A DNA stretch of 64,000 nt from Psammoneis japonica (Eukaryota). A program made the position numbers and the translations under genes. The notes beneath the pieces were generated by a model. The model was not told where the DNA came from and did not search any database. It worked only from the letters and a program-made list of their open reading frames with translations. This document shows positions 24,457 through 35,248 of this stretch, in pieces. The stretch lies in assembly GCA_008632985.1 (NCBI GenBank), contig QPGO01000038.1, positions 25,939 through 89,938 on the forward strand, in the 5' to 3' direction. How positions within the stretch are numbered: the stretch's first letter is position 1; each line of letters starts with the position of its first letter.

Positions 24457-27182
24457 CCCCATGCACGCACTGGGCGCTGAAAAGAAGATGTGTTGCGACT
24501 TTGTCGACGCGTTCCAGCCCCAGGCGGGACTCCTTGTGACATTGGGCCCGCAGAATTCCACGTGCGAGCTCCGCAGTACGAGAATTTAATCAATGGATGT
24601 GTTTGTCTTCAACATCAAATAAACGGCCAAGTTTGTGGTGCAATTGTGCCTCTTGCCACTCGACGTTTTTGCAACTTCACCTGCCCTGCGCGATTCTTAA
24701 GACATTGTAGAATCGCGCTGCAACAAAAAATGTCAAAAGTTGTTGGACGGATCGCTCAACAAGCGCACCGTAAAATGACACAAAATGTCAAAAAAATCAC
24801 GTAGAAATCTACGTGCGCGACATGCGATGAGACTCAAAAAACTGTCGATGTCACAATTCAGCAGTGCGAGGTCCCACCTGGACCTGGAACGCGTCTGTCG
24901 TTGTGAAAATTGTGAGCTGGTTTAGAGCAGAGAAAGTGGGATCGTGCGAACAGGGAATCTTGCCAAATCCCCATTCGTTCGCATTTGGATCGCATCAAAT
25001 CAATCGTGCGTTCGCATTGTGGATTGTGCGAGTCAAGCCATCACGCGCTGTGCACGAGTGATGTCATCGTGTGGAATCACGCCACCATCGTGGGCCAGAC
25101 GATGGGCTGGTGTGCTTCACACGGATGCTCTCTTGGCGTCCTTCTGGAATTTCCTAAGACCCAGAGCCACGCCCTCCTGTGGTCGTGCTTCCCAGGTGCG
25201 CGTCAACAATGCCACGTTGTCACGCACAAGAGGCTTGTGCACGGTCTCGCCGTGTTGTCCAGTGGCGAGGCATGCTGCACACTCCCCCATGATCAGGGCC
25301 GTTAAGTGACAGGATGTCTTACTGGTGACAGGGTACAATCTGCCGTAGATTGTACGTAGCTATCAGCGCTCCGTTCTGGACACGCAACGTGCCGTTGTCA
25401 CATACACGGACAACTCTGGCGGGTCCTGCATAGCTGTCAGAACCGTATTTAGAGGATTGTTCCTGTTTGATAAGTGCCAATTGCCCTACGGTATGTTGAT
25501 ACTCCTTGCGTTTCTGATTTTCACGCTTGTTATTTTGATTGGATAAGCTTCTGCTTTCTGGTTTCTATGTGCTTCCACTTAGTACGATGAGCAATAGATA
25601 AAACCGCATCGCGTCCGAAGACCAATTGCATGGGACTTGCACGCGTGGTCGTGTGTACCGTAGCTCTAATAGCGAAGGGCAATGGACATTTCCGCACGTG
25701 TCTCACCTGGATGACACAGTGTCTCGTGGCACCATTCAGTTAGCGGAACCTGCAATGACTGCGGCACTGCGATTTTGTCCTTATGACAGATTAACTGTCG
25801 TGATGACCCTCCCCCACGATGCGCGCGAATGGAGTGGTCGGACGAGTCCTTGGCTCGTGAGAGTAGGCGCTTGTCCTTTTGTTGTTCTTTTTGAATGCGC
25901 TTGAAGCTGACAGGCAGAGATGCATCGTCTTGCGCGTCTGCATTAAAAGCTTCATGCAAAGGACGACTCGATGGAGTGCCTTGTGCACCCAGATTGGCCT
26001 CGGAAGGCAAGCTGGGTGCCAGCCGAAGGCGACCAAGAGCGCCAGTGACTGGGTTGTGGGCACCCTCAACACAGCGTGATCAATTCTGGGACCGCATTCT
26101 TCGCATGTCAACCGCCAGCACATGACGCGCTCGGCATTGAACACTTTGCACGTAAGATTTTTATGATCAGTGCATGTGAGCACACAATGACCCAGGAGAG
26201 TCGTTCGAAATTCTTTCAACGTCTCCACAATGGCGAGCAATTCTCTCTCCGTTGTTGCACAATTTAATTGCGCACTGTTGAGCTTTCTGCACAAAAGGCG
26301 ATGGGTTTGTCATCTTGGGACATGGCTGCTCCCAATTGATGTTTAGAGGCATCGGCATGTGTCTCAAAGGGTTCATTAAAATCAGGATGTGATGACAAAA
26401 CATCATCCGACATCACCCGTTTGACGGTTTCGAACGCCTCGTCTTCAACGGACGTCCACTCCCACTTAACAGTCTCGCTTGCGAGTCGTGTTGGCGGAGC
26501 CAAGACTTCAGAACATCTGATCCACGCGTCACGGCAGCAGCTCACCATGCCAACAAATGACCGCAGGTCGCGTTTGTTGGCTGGGGTCGCGATTCGCTCA
26601 ATGGCATCGACTTTGTTGGGCATTGGTCGCACTCCGTCTCTGTTGACCAGACAACCCAAGTGTTCCAATTGGGTTTGACAGAAATGAGATTTGTCGGTCC
26701 TGCCAACATTTCACAGTTTTGTTTCTGCAGATTTCGTTGCAACATCACTGTGCCCCATGCATGCACTGGGCGCTGAAAAGAAGATGTGTTGCGACTTTGT
26801 CGTTGTGAAAATTGTGAGCTAGTTTAGAGCAGAGAAAGTGGGATCGTGCGAACAGGGAATCTTGCCAAATCCCTGTTCGTTCGCATTTGGATTGCATCAA
26901 ATCGATCGTGCCTTCGCATTGTGGATCGTGCGAATCAAGCCATCACGCGCCATGCACGAGTGATGTCATCGTGTGGAATCACGCTGCCATCGTGGGCCAG
27001 ATGATGGGCCAGTGTGCTTCACACGGATGCTCTCTTAGCATCCTTCTGGAATTTCCTAAGACCTGGAGCCATGCCCTCCTGTGGTCGTGCTTCCCAGGCA
27101 CGCGTCAACAATGCTGCGTTGCCACGTGCAAGAGGCTCATGCACGGTCTCGCCGTGTTGTCCAGCAGCAAGGCACACTGCAC
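24457..27182 (-). mobile_element. Internally deleted Ty3/gypsy LTR retrotransposon with two 430-bp LTRs and TSD TTCTA
   Basis: LTRs at 26753-27182 and 24457-25280 (430 bp after removing the MITE); PPT tgggggag next to 25281; RT end HLGCLV..GVRPMPNKV; RNase H HADASKHQLGA, TERELLAIVE, TDHKNL; integrase WCHETLCHPG and C-terminus QLVFGRD..NGTLRV; TTCTA at 24452-24456 and 27183-27187. Confidence 0.9.
24506..24895. mobile_element. MITE family A subfamily 2 (390 bp), TSD TGTC, inside the gypsy 3' LTR
   Basis: GACGCGTTCCAG...CTGGAACGCGTC; empty site in the sister LTR at ~26795-26810. Confidence 0.93.
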
Positions 27183-30100
27183 TTCTACTCCCTCTTTGAC
27201 AAATCTTGACGGAGCTTGTGCAGAGTTGTGCAAGAAGCTCATTGACACACGTGGTGCTCCCCTGCAATTGCACGACTGCATTGTTGATTTCATTGAGAGG
27301 CACACTGGCAACAGCAACATCAAGCTTGGTGCAGTTCTGCCAAGGAGAAAAGAGTTGATGCGCACCTTAAACAAGCATTTCCCTCTTCCACCCAGCGAGT
27401 CTATTCCTGTCACTCTAGAAACAAAAAATTTCAAACCGGTTTGCCAAAACGAGTGTCAGTGCCAAGATGGGATTTCACAAAGGTTTGGGAACAGTTTTTA
27501 CTCGATCCTCACCTGTGGTGCAGCAGAGAGAATGTGGCCAATCCAGACAATCCTTTTGGGAAGTGCAAAGCGAAGGGACCGGATGACAAGTGCCTTTTGG
27601 CAGGTGAGTGGTGCAGGCGCAGTTACGAAGAACGGACAACTGACCCGGAGAAACAATTTCTCGAGTGCAATGTCATTTACATTGACAAGACTGGCAGGAC
27701 ACAAGGGATGGGATCACATTGCTGAGAACCAGTGATCATGACCTCTGCACATGTTGCCTTCAACAAATGGTCAGACAAGAGTGTCTGGAAACCAATTGGT
27801 TGTCTCCCGGATTTGGAAAAGATGTCGTCATCTGCGGCAAAGAATCTCTCAAACAATCGCAAGGCGGAGAAGGGACGCTCGTCAAGAGACTGCCACACTT
27901 GCTTGCGTGTCATTTTGGAGCCACTTTTGGAAGTCATGAGAAAAGGAGGCATGAAAACATGCGTGCGACGAGGGGATGAGATGCGACACCTCCACGCAAT
28001 CCCACTGATCGTTCTCATCATGGGAGACACAAAAAGCGGCGACTGTCTCGTTGGACGATGCAGAGGTCACAACTGTCGTCAACGTTGCTGTCATTTTTGC
28101 CTGACTGGCTTCAACAAACTGGACGACCCATGGATTGAATGCGAGTTCATCTGAGGACTGGATCTCCACCAAGTGCAAACTAAGGCCAACAACGACAACA
28201 GATCAGACCAAGAAAGGAAGCACTGGTTGGGCATCTTGCATTGCCTCAAGCAACACAACGCACCAACCAACTGTCTTTTTGAGGCAGACTTTGGCACACA
28301 ACCATGCGGCATTGCCCTTGCAACAGCAAGCGACATGATGCATCTCTTTGAAAATGCACCTTGAAAAGGGCAATCAATTCATTTGTAGACAGCATGACAC
28401 CTGTGGTTGCAAGTGAGGTGGACAGCATGGTGGAAAGGATTTTCAGCAATCACCGCTCAACTTGCAAAGCATCCTTTTTGCGAACAAACTTCAAAGGAGG
28501 AGCAACGTCGCTCACCTTCCTCAACTCTCACCACTGGGCTGGAATGGCTTTTGTTTTCTACCTTCTCCTGTCAACCAGCGAGGGACGAAACGCATGTGAG
28601 TCATGCTTCCTTGACGAGGATGCAGACGAACCCATTGTTCCAGAGAATCGCAAGACACCCAAAGCAAACTTTGAGAGTTGCTGCCAACCCAGTGAGCACT
28701 TGGACGACTCTGACGATGAAAGGTCGGAGGAGTCCAAAGAGGGTGACTGGGACGAAAATGAGGATGAGAAAGAGGAGAGTGAGGCTGAGGATGGTGACGA
28801 CAACCAAAACAAGAAAAAATGCAAGGGAAAAAGACTCAACTGCAGCATCCGGCAATTCATTCAATTGCTCGAGGACCTTCTTGTCTTCCACGCATGGTGC
28901 AGGCTGGGCAATCCACCCATCACAAGCGTGACTCCCAGTTCATCTGTTCAGAAAACAAACAAGAAAATCCGTCTCCTCATTGACCGGATGGTGCAATTCG
29001 TCCCGCGAACAGAAGGATGCGGGTGGAAGCTTCAAAAGCTTCATGAAACACTCCATCTCCCAGTGTTTCTTTGTTGTCACCGACATGCGATGAACTTTGA
29101 CGCAGGCTTGGGGGAATGTCTCTTGAAAGACTTTTTCAAGCTGCCGTCATCTGCTGCACAACAACGCAACCTCGACAGTTTTCTGAAGCAGGTCGTGTCG
29201 TGCATGGAGGACCAAATGAGGCTCAACGCCGCAATTTCAGCTGACAGTTGGATTTTGCCAACTGGGAAAAAGGAATCATCAAGAGTCAGGATGGACAATC
29301 ACACGCTGGGAGGAAGTGCGTTCACTCTCACCTGCAACCGAGGGATCGGCGCTGTGACATTTGAGTGGAACAGTGAGCATGCTCATTGCCAAGTTCGTCC
29401 GGTGTTGCCAAACTTCATGTTGGAAAAGTGGGAGGATTGTGTTGGTGAAGACAGTGAAAATGCACACCTGACTTGTAAGACAGAGTTTTACAATGCAAGC
29501 GGGAGGGATGCGCACTGTGCACACCCCGATTTCAAAAGCGAAGGACCATGGCATGACTTTGCCCATGTGACCTTTGGCACACGAAAGGGCGATCAACAGT
29601 TTCCCTCCCGTTTGCTGTGTTTCTTCGAACAGGAAGACACAGGATCGATTTTTGCAGTTGTCCATCCAACCACTTGTCAAGCTGACCAGAGAACTGTGAG
29701 GCAACGGCATCAGCACACAGACTTGGTCAGTCGCTGGCAGCTTGATCACAAACGAAACAACTGGCTTTCAATGCCTGAGAAGACTCAGCACTCACCCAAG
29801 TTACGTGTTGTCCCCACAGAAGCAATTGGGGACAATGTTTTGGTTTGTGAAGAATGTCCAGGAGCAGCAGAAGCACAAGAAAAGGCCCTATTTGTTTGGG
29901 CCACACAGGACAGAAGGAAGTGTTGGTCAGATTTGTTTCTAAAACTGGATGCGCACATCAATCCATCATTCACTCACAGTGTGTGCATTTTTAGAGCAAT
30001 TGCTTCCTCACAGATTCTATGCAGTGTCCACTTGCACGGTCCATCTAGTCATCCTGCGCCATGAAATGTTCCCTGGCAGCCACAATCGCCTGCTGAAAGT

Positions 30101-30950
30101 CGGCGCTGTGGTCAGGCTGGTTGACAGCCACCAATTGTGCCTCAATTTGCAATGCCAGCTCATGGATTTCTACATGTGCGTTAAGGTGCGTGAAGAACAT
30201 GTGGGCACCTTCAAGTGACGCATGCAAACAATCATGAAGAAACATTCGGAAATGGGGACAGCACAGAGAGAAGTCAGAAACATGGATCCAAAACAAAGCA
30301 ACACAAGATGAAGGCAACGGCGACGGGATCGATGAAAAGAAGGATTCGGATGGAAAGATGCCGGAGACAGTGAAAACAGGTGGTGCCAAGACAAAGAAGG
30401 AAGAGAAAAACAGGATGGGAAAAATGAAGAAAGAGAAAAAGAAGCAGACGACACGACGTCAAGAGGGGAGCAGCGATGCAATTCTGCGTTTCGAGGGACC
30501 TCTTCCTCTCGATGATGTTCACCCAAATGCAAGAAATGCAGTGTGGCTTTTTTGGAACGGTGACGAGGAAACATCCAACACGGCAGCGGCACGTGCATTT
30601 GAAATTCTTGCAAGAGAGCGGACAAGACACATGGAATGAAAAGGACGATGCGGATGAACAGGCCAATTGGAGCACAGTTGTTGATTGAACAATCAGTGCA
30701 CACTTTACATGATGAAAATTTCATTGCATGCAATTGCAACGTTTGGCTTGTCATCAAAGATCGTCAGTTGTTGTGAAAAAGGCTGAGCATGAAAATTAAA
30801 AAGCATCTGTGTTCAAACATGAAGAACAGCAGGAGATCAACAATTGGCCAAACAACAAAAACCATCATGTGCAGACAAGCAGATTTCACAACATGGCAAC
30901 GCATTTTTGTCATGTGTGCAGATGTTGCGACATCGTGCACTCTGATGTGT

Positions 30951-31476
30951 CATCTCATGTTGACTTTTGTTGACTCGTGTTGACTTTGGTTGACTTGTTT
31001 TGACTCTGCCCAGTTGCATGTGTGTGATGCCCATGCAAAGCTGTCTGCATGCATGATGTTTGTCACATGCGACTGGTGGCAAGCAAGGTGCCAGACTGTC
31101 AGTTTTGTCCAGAGACACTTCTGCACTCATTGATGATTTGTGTTAACTCATGTTGACTCATGTTCCCTTTTGTTGGCTTGTGCTTGCTTTTGTCAACTTT
31201 TGTTGACTTGCGTTGACTCACTTTTGCTTGACAAGTTTTGCGACCACTTTTGGCACATTGGCATTTCACAATTTGGTTGATGATTTTGGCAAGAAAAGAG
31301 AAAGTTGACACTCAGGACAAACCCATTGGGGGCACATGCAAATGCCCACAGCAACAAAAATTTAGCCAAGGAGGGCCCTGGAAGAGAAGGGGGAGGTGGC
31401 ACAGGTGGTGCCATTGGCTCTGGAGTTGGGCATGCTGTGTTGAAAATTCCACAGACAAAGGAGTTGCCTTCGACGA
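30951..31476 (+). repeat. Dispersed repeat, copy 1 (copy 2 at 34727-35248)
   Basis: Direct alignment; contains short (t)gttgact repeats. Confidence 0.85.
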
Positions 31477-31499
31477 TGCGCAAACACGATCACTTGTGC

Positions 31500-32900
31500 T
31501 GCAACCAGGGAACAGTGAGTTTGATGGAGGCCAGCCATTGTCTTGGACATTGGCGTTTGCATCTGTGGCAAGAAGAGTTGGTTGATGCAGATGGATCTGT
31601 CGCCAAGTCTTCAGCGGATTTGATGCCATGTGCCAACGGGTTGAAGACAATCACTCCCCTTCCAGTGGGAGGTTTCAGTGCACCTTTGCATTGGTCATGT
31701 GAACAGGGACAGTCAGCAGGAGCCAGAAAACGAAAAGCGGTGTCGAGCACATTCCAGGGTGCACAAGCCTTGTGTGGACATCTGCCAGAAACAGGAGGAA
31801 CGTTGATTGCACCAGCGCCATTCACCAGCGTTCCTTCTTCCCGTGAACTGTTGGCAACAGCAGAAGGATCCTCGGACATGCTAAAATGGTTGCTCGCATG
31901 TGCTTTGTGACAAAACTGACAATGAGGCAAGCATTGACAGAACAGTTTCCATCTGCAGAACAGGCATGTTCCCAAAACATTGAACAGGTGCCACTGTGGT
32001 CTCCAACACGAAATGTGCAGGAACGTTCAGGCCAATCCACACAAACACTGAGTTTGCCAGCTTCAACCCACACAAGCTTCTGAAGGCCGCCATGGCAAAA
32101 CCAATGACATTCTTCAGACAACGACTGCAGCTTGCACTCAAATGTGTTGTCTCCTCAACTTCATGATTTTCTCCCTTGGACGACATTGCCACAAAGTGGG
32201 TGTGGCATCCACAGGAAGAATTGGGAGGAGGGCAGCAGGTGTGCATGTCAAGCCACACTTGATTGTGTGGCTGCTTTGTGCCATTGGGATTGAAGTCATC
32301 ACACCATTCTTGCACCCACAGATGCAACACAAAGCCAGACGCGTTCCAGGTCTAGGTGGGACCTCGTACCACTGAACTGTGACATCGACAGTTTTTTGAA
32401 TCACGTCGTATGTCGCGCACGTAGATTTCTACGTGATTTTTTCGACATTTTGTGTCATTTTACGGTACACTTATTGAGCGATCCGTCCAACAACTTTTGA
32501 CATTTTTTGTTACAGCGCGATTCTATAATGTCTTAAGAATCGCGTAGGGCAGGCGCATTTGCAAAAACGTCGAGTGGCAAGAGGCATAATTGCCACAAAC
32601 TTGGCAGTTTATTTGATGTTGAAGATAAATGTGTCCATCAATTAAATTCTCGTACTACGGAGCTCGCACGTAGAATTCTACGGGCCCAATGTCACACGGA
32701 GTCCCACCCAGGACTGGAACCCGTCGCCATTGACATCTTCTTTGAGTTAGATGAACAAGGAATGTGCTGCCGGTGTGCATGACATGGCAGGTTGGGAATC
32801 TTGAACAATGACGTCTGCATCAAAAAAGAACTTTTCAAATTGTGCGGCTTTTCCAACTCATTTGCAACCACGTCTTCAAACAAAACACACAGGAATGACT
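31500..32900 (-). mobile_element. Degenerate fragment of a second Plavaka/CACTA-like transposase, interrupted by a MITE
   Basis: EWCDDFNPN..VW..PP..AMSSKGENHEVE and DWPER..GDHSG resemble diatom transposase motifs. Confidence 0.45.
32338..32725. mobile_element. MITE family A subfamily 2 (388 bp), TSD GCCA; least mutated copy
   Basis: GACGCGTTCCAG...CTGGAACCCGTC with GCCA on both sides; reverse complement of 24506-24895. Confidence 0.93.
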
Positions 32901-33884
32901 GCCACTGTCGGTTTTCCTGGGAACAGGATGAGGCAAATTTGGCACAATGGCACGTTTGCTGGAGAAATGCAACATTTCAAAATCTTTCACAGAAGTGGGG
33001 ACACGAGTCCGATGAAAAATGGACAAGTCTGGATCATGGCTGTTTGTGGCTTGCAGCGTGCATTCTGCCCCAACAATTCACGTTGATTGGACTCAATTGG
33101 AGGCATCCTCTGAATGTGGTTGAACAGAGCAAAAATTTGCATTTTGCTCTGATTGTCTTGCACACAGAGCATGTCGCTCTGACTGTGGCTTGAACAGAGC
33201 AAAGCCACAATTGATTTTTTGGCTCTTGTGAACGGAGCAAAATGCTCTGTTTTTTTTTGTTTGGAGCAAAAACAACTCATTTAGAGTGACTCTCATTTGC
33301 AGTGGCAGTGGTGTGTCTTCCCAGACTCAAACGGCACACTTGGTCCACTTTTCACAGTGTTTGCCATGTCTGAGTCTCTGTTGCTTCCAGGAGGTCACAA
33401 TGGCCATCACCGTCATCCCCACGTCCACATGGTTGTGTCCAGAAACTGCAACAACTCAGAACTCCGCTGTCCAGATGACATGTGGTGAGAAGATTCATCT
33501 CAAGGGCATGAATTCCACCCTTCAATGGTGCCTGCAGGCTTTTCACACTGGGTTTCTCTGTCAACCACACACTCGTGGCATGTTGCCCAGTTGCCCGGCC
33601 ACATGGAATCTGCCATGGCTGATGTTGTCTCACCTGCATGCAAAATTGAGGGCCAACCAATGCCAACAATTTCCTTCAGACACAGACATCAAAGATTGCC
33701 AACAAACACTGTGGACAACAGCTGCCCATCCCAACACCTGAGCCCAAATCACTGCCCAAGCCCTGCCCACCTTGGCACCAGCCTTGGCTCTCACAACTTC
33801 CTCTCCCTTTTTCTCTCCCTCTTTGACCCCAACCCCAATGCTGGCCCTGAGACCCCCAACCCCCAAACTCCAACTCTGCCCCCC

Positions 33885-33925
33885 NNNNNNNNNNNNNNNN
33901 NNNNNNNNNNNNNNNNNNNNNNNNN
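33885..33925. other. Assembly gap (41 N)
   Basis: Run of n. Confidence 0.99.
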
Positions 33926-33926
33926 A

Positions 33927-35248
33927 AAAGGCAAGGCCGGATCACCATGTTGCGCCCTCTGATGGACCCCACTGCATCAATTTTTCTGGTGTCATCTGTG
34001 CTGTGTTCTGTGCTGTGACTTTGATTTGACAATCTTGTGAGCACCCCACAGAGCCATTTGCTTTGCTTTTTTTCTTAGAACAACCAAACTAAATTTGTCT
34101 TTTCTTTTCTGCAAAGGCTGCTGACATCCTTGCTGCCACCAGAAGAGGCAAGCTCTCCCTCATGAAGCATTTCTTTAGGATCTGAGCCAACTTTTGCTCA
34201 ACCAAGCACAAATGCTCCTGCATCATGGTGCTGACCAAGACACCGTTGACCAAATCTGTGGTCAATTTGATCAGCTCCTCACAATGCCAACTTTGGACAT
34301 GCCAGCTTTTGAGCAAAGCTCAGCACACCAACTTTCTGGCAAAACTTGGCATGCCAACTTTGGGGCAAAACTTGGCACACCAACTTTGAAGCAACACTTG
34401 GCATGCCAACTTTGAAGCAACACTTGGCATGCCAACTTTGCTGCAAAACTTGGCATGCCAACTTTGAAGCAAAACTTGGCATGCCAACTTTGGAGCAAAA
34501 CTCGGCACCCCAACTTTGGGGCTCAGCTTGGTTTTGCAATGGGATTCCCCAAAATTCCCTGGAATTGCCACCTTTTGCCATGCTTTTCCATGGGAAGCAT
34601 GAGCTCCCAGGGAGTTGACACAAATGCTGCCTTGTCATTGCACCCACTGTTTGAAGAATGACCATTGAGAACTCAGTTTTGTTTGCTTGCCAAACATCTT
34701 GCATGTTGATTTGTGTTGGCTTGTGTCATCTCATGTTGCTTTTGTTGACTCGTGTTGACTTTTGTTGACTTGTTTTGACTCTGCCCAGTTGTTTGTGTGT
34801 GGCACCCATGCAAAGCTGTCTGCATCTGTGATGTTTGTCACATGCGACTGGCAGCAAGCAAGGTGCCAGACTGACAGTTTGTCCAGAGACACTTCTGCAC
34901 TCATTGATGACTTGTGTTAACTCATGTTGACTCACACTCCCTTTTGTTGGCTTGTGCTTGCTTTTGTCAACTTTTGTTGACTTGCATTGACTCACTTTTG
35001 CTTGACAAGTTTTGCGACCACTTTTGGCACATTGGCATTTCACAATTTGGTTGATGATTTTGGCAAAAATCAGAAAGTTGACACTCAGAACAAACCCATT
35101 GGGGGTGCATGTAAATGCCCACAGCAACAAAAAGTCAGCCAAGAAGGGCCCTGGAAGAGAAGGAGGAGGTGGCACAGGTGGTGCCATTGGCTCTGGAGTT
35201 GGGCATGCTGTGTTGAAAATTCCACAGACAAAAGAGTTGCCTTCAATG
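33927..35248 (+). repeat. Composite of repeat copies: 20731-21495 (with the 26-bp array at ~34284-34520) joined to 30951-31476
   Basis: Direct alignment; junction at ~34726. Confidence 0.82.

Larger units (their letters stand above)
23650..30000 (+). mobile_element. Degenerate Plavaka/CACTA-like DNA transposase gene, interrupted by a MITE and a gypsy element
   Basis: IYIDKTG, WKPIGCLPDL, IMGDTKSGDCLVGR, DMMHLFE, WKLQKLHE, NFDAGLGE, HPDFKSEGPWHDFA; the frame EALAST|PSLTNLD is restored when the gypsy and one TSD are removed; start coordinate approximate. Confidence 0.65.

Noticed and set aside
24457..27182. CpG deamination or classical RIP as the cause of the CA/TG excess
   Set aside because: CpG is retained, TpA is lost rather than gained, and Tyr->Cys/His needs A->G/T->C. 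A minor CpG contribution remains possible.
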